From positions 63,316,924 to 63,326,923 of the forward strand of contig NC_092349.1 in assembly GCF_963676685.1 (NCBI RefSeq): a stretch of 10,000 bases of DNA, in the 5' to 3' direction. Made by a program: the position numbers and the translations under genes. This document shows, piece after piece, positions 8,205-10,000 of the stretch (its first letter is position 1; the number at the start of each line of letters is the position of its first letter). The notes below the pieces were generated by a model that was given only the letters and a program-made list of their open reading frames with translations, did no database searches and was not told where the DNA came from. Source of the DNA: Mytilus edulis (taxonomy: Eukaryota).

Positions 8205-8270
8205 CTATTGACTAGCCTAGCAATTAGGACCTTTTCTTCATTTTGTGCAAAGGCTTGGCCAATACAATTT
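8205..8270 (-). CDS. Candidate internal exon, same gene: (L)NCIGQAFAQNEEKVLIARLVN(R)
   Basis: Minus strand. Excellent acceptor TTCTATTTTTCTTATTTCAG|AAATTG; donor ATAG|GTGATC. Only one frame is open, and it ends in phase 2 (AG|), which joins the downstream exon's leading A to give AGA = Arg in frame. QNEEKVLIARL resembles roadblock [10 protein letters not shown]. Confidence 0.3.
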
Positions 8271-8646
8271 CTGAAATAAGAAAAATAGAATGAAGTTAAA
8301 AATTTCATTCATGATATTTTCTCCTTTACATTACTCTGTTTTATTATAAAATTAATAATATATACTTTAGGAGTTCTATCTGATAGCTAGAAAACTAAAG
8401 AATAGTTGTCTCCTTCAAACGACTGTTAGTGAAAGATGAGACAATTCATGTTTAATTGATAGGACAGCCAATATTAAGCAGTTGATTTGTTGAGCAGAAT
8501 ATAAAGTGTATAAATACTTTCAAGCAGCAATGTTAATTATGTGAGATTACAATGGACTTTATAGAAATCTTAGTTCACTGTGAAAAAGAAGTACATAGCT
8601 ATAAAAGTCATTTTCATGGCATTTATCTTTTGTATTAACCAGGTAC

Positions 8647-8731
8647 AGTACATTCCGTGACATGGTCTGAAAAATGTCGCAGGTTTTAAAAAGGCTCAGC
8701 ATCAGCGACTTAAATGTTGATGATTGATTAC
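8647..8731 (-). CDS. Candidate upstream exon, same gene: (x)NQSSTFKSLMLSLFKTCDIFQTMSRNV(L)
   Basis: Minus strand. It starts after an ACAACAG acceptor. NQSSTFKSLMLSLFKT aligns to roadblock NPTTTQYASLMHSFILKA. A phase-2 donor CT|GTACCT is weak but joins the next exon in frame (CT+A = Leu). Donor choice is uncertain. No N-terminal exon was found. Confidence 0.25.
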
Positions 8732-9189
8732 CTGTTGTCAATCAAATCATCAGCTGATAATAAGTGCAATAAAATCAGCCAAGCGTGCATGGTCGGTTGC
8801 ACATGCTACTTAATATTATGTAATTAGTTATGATAATGTAACAGGTAAAATCGATAATTACATAATAGGCACTTAAAAGGCATGAACTGTTTTCAGATTG
8901 TTTCAGTTCCATTTATCTAATTTACCAATAATAGAAATATGGGTTTTTTTTTCAGGTCTGTCCGAGGAAGAAATATTCTACACATTATTGTTTCTTATTT
9001 ATCTTCTCAGTTTATCTTTTTTTACGATTCGAATATAAATTAAAATATCTTTTCCTTTCCGTTCTTTTCTCATTATTTCTACATTTCGTCACGAGTTATA
9101 TGTTCTAGTAATTTTGTAGATTAGTTTTCTTTTAAAAAGACATGAGTTTCCTGTCTTTATTCATATTTGAAAACGTAATGTGAGGGAGG

Positions 9190-9800
9190 GTAAGAGGGGT
9201 CCTGTACTCACTAATTTGTTGAGGTGATAATTTCGTGTTTACCACGGTCCAACTGAAAGTTGAGTTAATCTAAAAGGATTCTATGCAGGAAAGGGGAGAT
9301 AATTGATGTTTACCTTAGTCAAACAGAATCGAAGTAAAACTTTAAGGATCTACCTTAGAGGTTGTTCTTGATTGAAATTTTCTGCAGGAAAAAGGGAGAT
9401 AACTCAAATATAACTTGGAAAATAAGAAAATGGAGTAAAATTATATAAATGTACAAAGGGAGTCTGTCTCAATTGAATCATTCTGGAGGAATGGAGAGAT
9501 AACTCATATTCACTTTGATCAAGTAGAAAATGAAGTAAAATTATAAGAATCAACCTAGGAGGTCTTTCTCAATTGAATCATTCAGCATTATAGGGGGAGA
9601 TATTTTTTATATTTTCCTTGGTCCATAAAAATGGAGTGAAATTATTATCCAGCCATTATTGTTATCTTTTAAATCTCTCTGCATAACAGAAGAGACAATC
9701 GTTATTTACCTTGGTCCAGCTGAAAATGGAGTAAAGCTATAAGGATCCATATCATGATGCTTGTCTCCTTCGAATCTCTCTGGTTTAAACTCCTGGAAAT
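9190..9800. repeat. Degenerate tandem minisatellite, ~100-bp monomer, about 6 copies
   Basis: Units recur at about 9193, 9293, 9394, 9493, 9594 and 9692. The shared core is GG(G)AGATAACTCA...TTTACCTTGGTCCA...GAAAATGGAGTAAAATTATAAG(G/A)ATC...CTAGGAGGTCT(G/T)TCTCAATTGAATCATTC. Identity is roughly 65-80%. Confidence 0.8.
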
Positions 9801-10000
9801 GAAAATATAAATGGTAATGTTTCTAACTTATCACTATTTGATTTATAGAAAAGAATGTGTAAAAGGTGAGTCTGGTTATTGATGCCACATTCAAAATTGC
9901 AAGTAAGCCACTGTTTACAATATAAAAAGATGTGTTGTATCTAAATAGTTATCAAAGGTACCTCTGTACCAGGATTATAAAATTTAGTACGCCAGATGCG

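Noticed and set aside
8750-8900. Possible first exon (MELKQSEN...) of the roadblock-like gene on the minus strand
   Set aside because: ATG...GAAAACA|GTTCAT would give only 8 aa and skips about 25 residues of the roadblock fold. The donor is poor. There is not enough evidence to call it.
9026-9036. TTCGAATC (tRNA T-loop-like) on the minus strand
   Set aside because: No flanking GG/CC and no other tRNA arms. It is an isolated 8-mer.
1-10000. CRISPR arrays, rRNA, or prokaryotic operon structure
   Set aside because: Base composition, splice-site-bounded exons, poly(A) signals and satellite DNA all indicate a eukaryotic nuclear locus. No regularly spaced short direct repeats with unique spacers are present.

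Overview
This window is eukaryotic, AT-rich DNA. A long repeat-rich intergenic stretch and multi-exon signals suggest an invertebrate genome, and the content (an expanded cGAS-like receptor family and a ~170-bp satellite) is consistent with a bivalve mollusc. That taxonomic guess is inference only. No search tools were run; all protein comparisons are from remembered sequences of human cGAS, MAB21L1 and DYNLRB/roadblock.

The dominant feature is one uninterrupted 727-codon ORF on the + strand (183-2366). Its N-terminal ~375 aa carry an unmistakable Mab-21/cGAS nucleotidyltransferase fold with a complete catalytic site (GS at aa 73-74, D85-T-D87, D177). It also shows the family signatures EGL, WRLSFS, SYFLKTTIFWV and NYFVRINNMF. 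It is therefore a cGAS-like receptor (cGLR), predicted to be catalytically competent. It lacks the vertebrate cGAS zinc-thumb and carries a ~350-aa cysteine/histidine-rich C-terminal extension with no motif I recognise; that extension is the most novel element here. Three AATAAA signals lie at or just after the stop codon.

The remaining ~7.6 kb is mostly non-coding and repeat-rich:
- a ~170-bp tandem satellite (about 3.6 copies, 4552-5165);
- a ~100-bp degenerate minisatellite (about 6 copies, 9190-9800);
- a 140-bp foldback / MITE-like inverted repeat (5544-5683);
- two short dispersed repeat families whose layout implies nested insertions;
- a GC-rich double-hairpin island bracketed by 21-bp direct repeats;
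- an A-rich low-complexity tract.

On the minus strand, three phase-compatible candidate exons (8731-8647, 8270-8205, 7673-7571) translate to a roadblock/LC7-type dynein light chain-like C-terminus, convergent with the cGLR gene. I found no rRNA, tRNA or CRISPR array.
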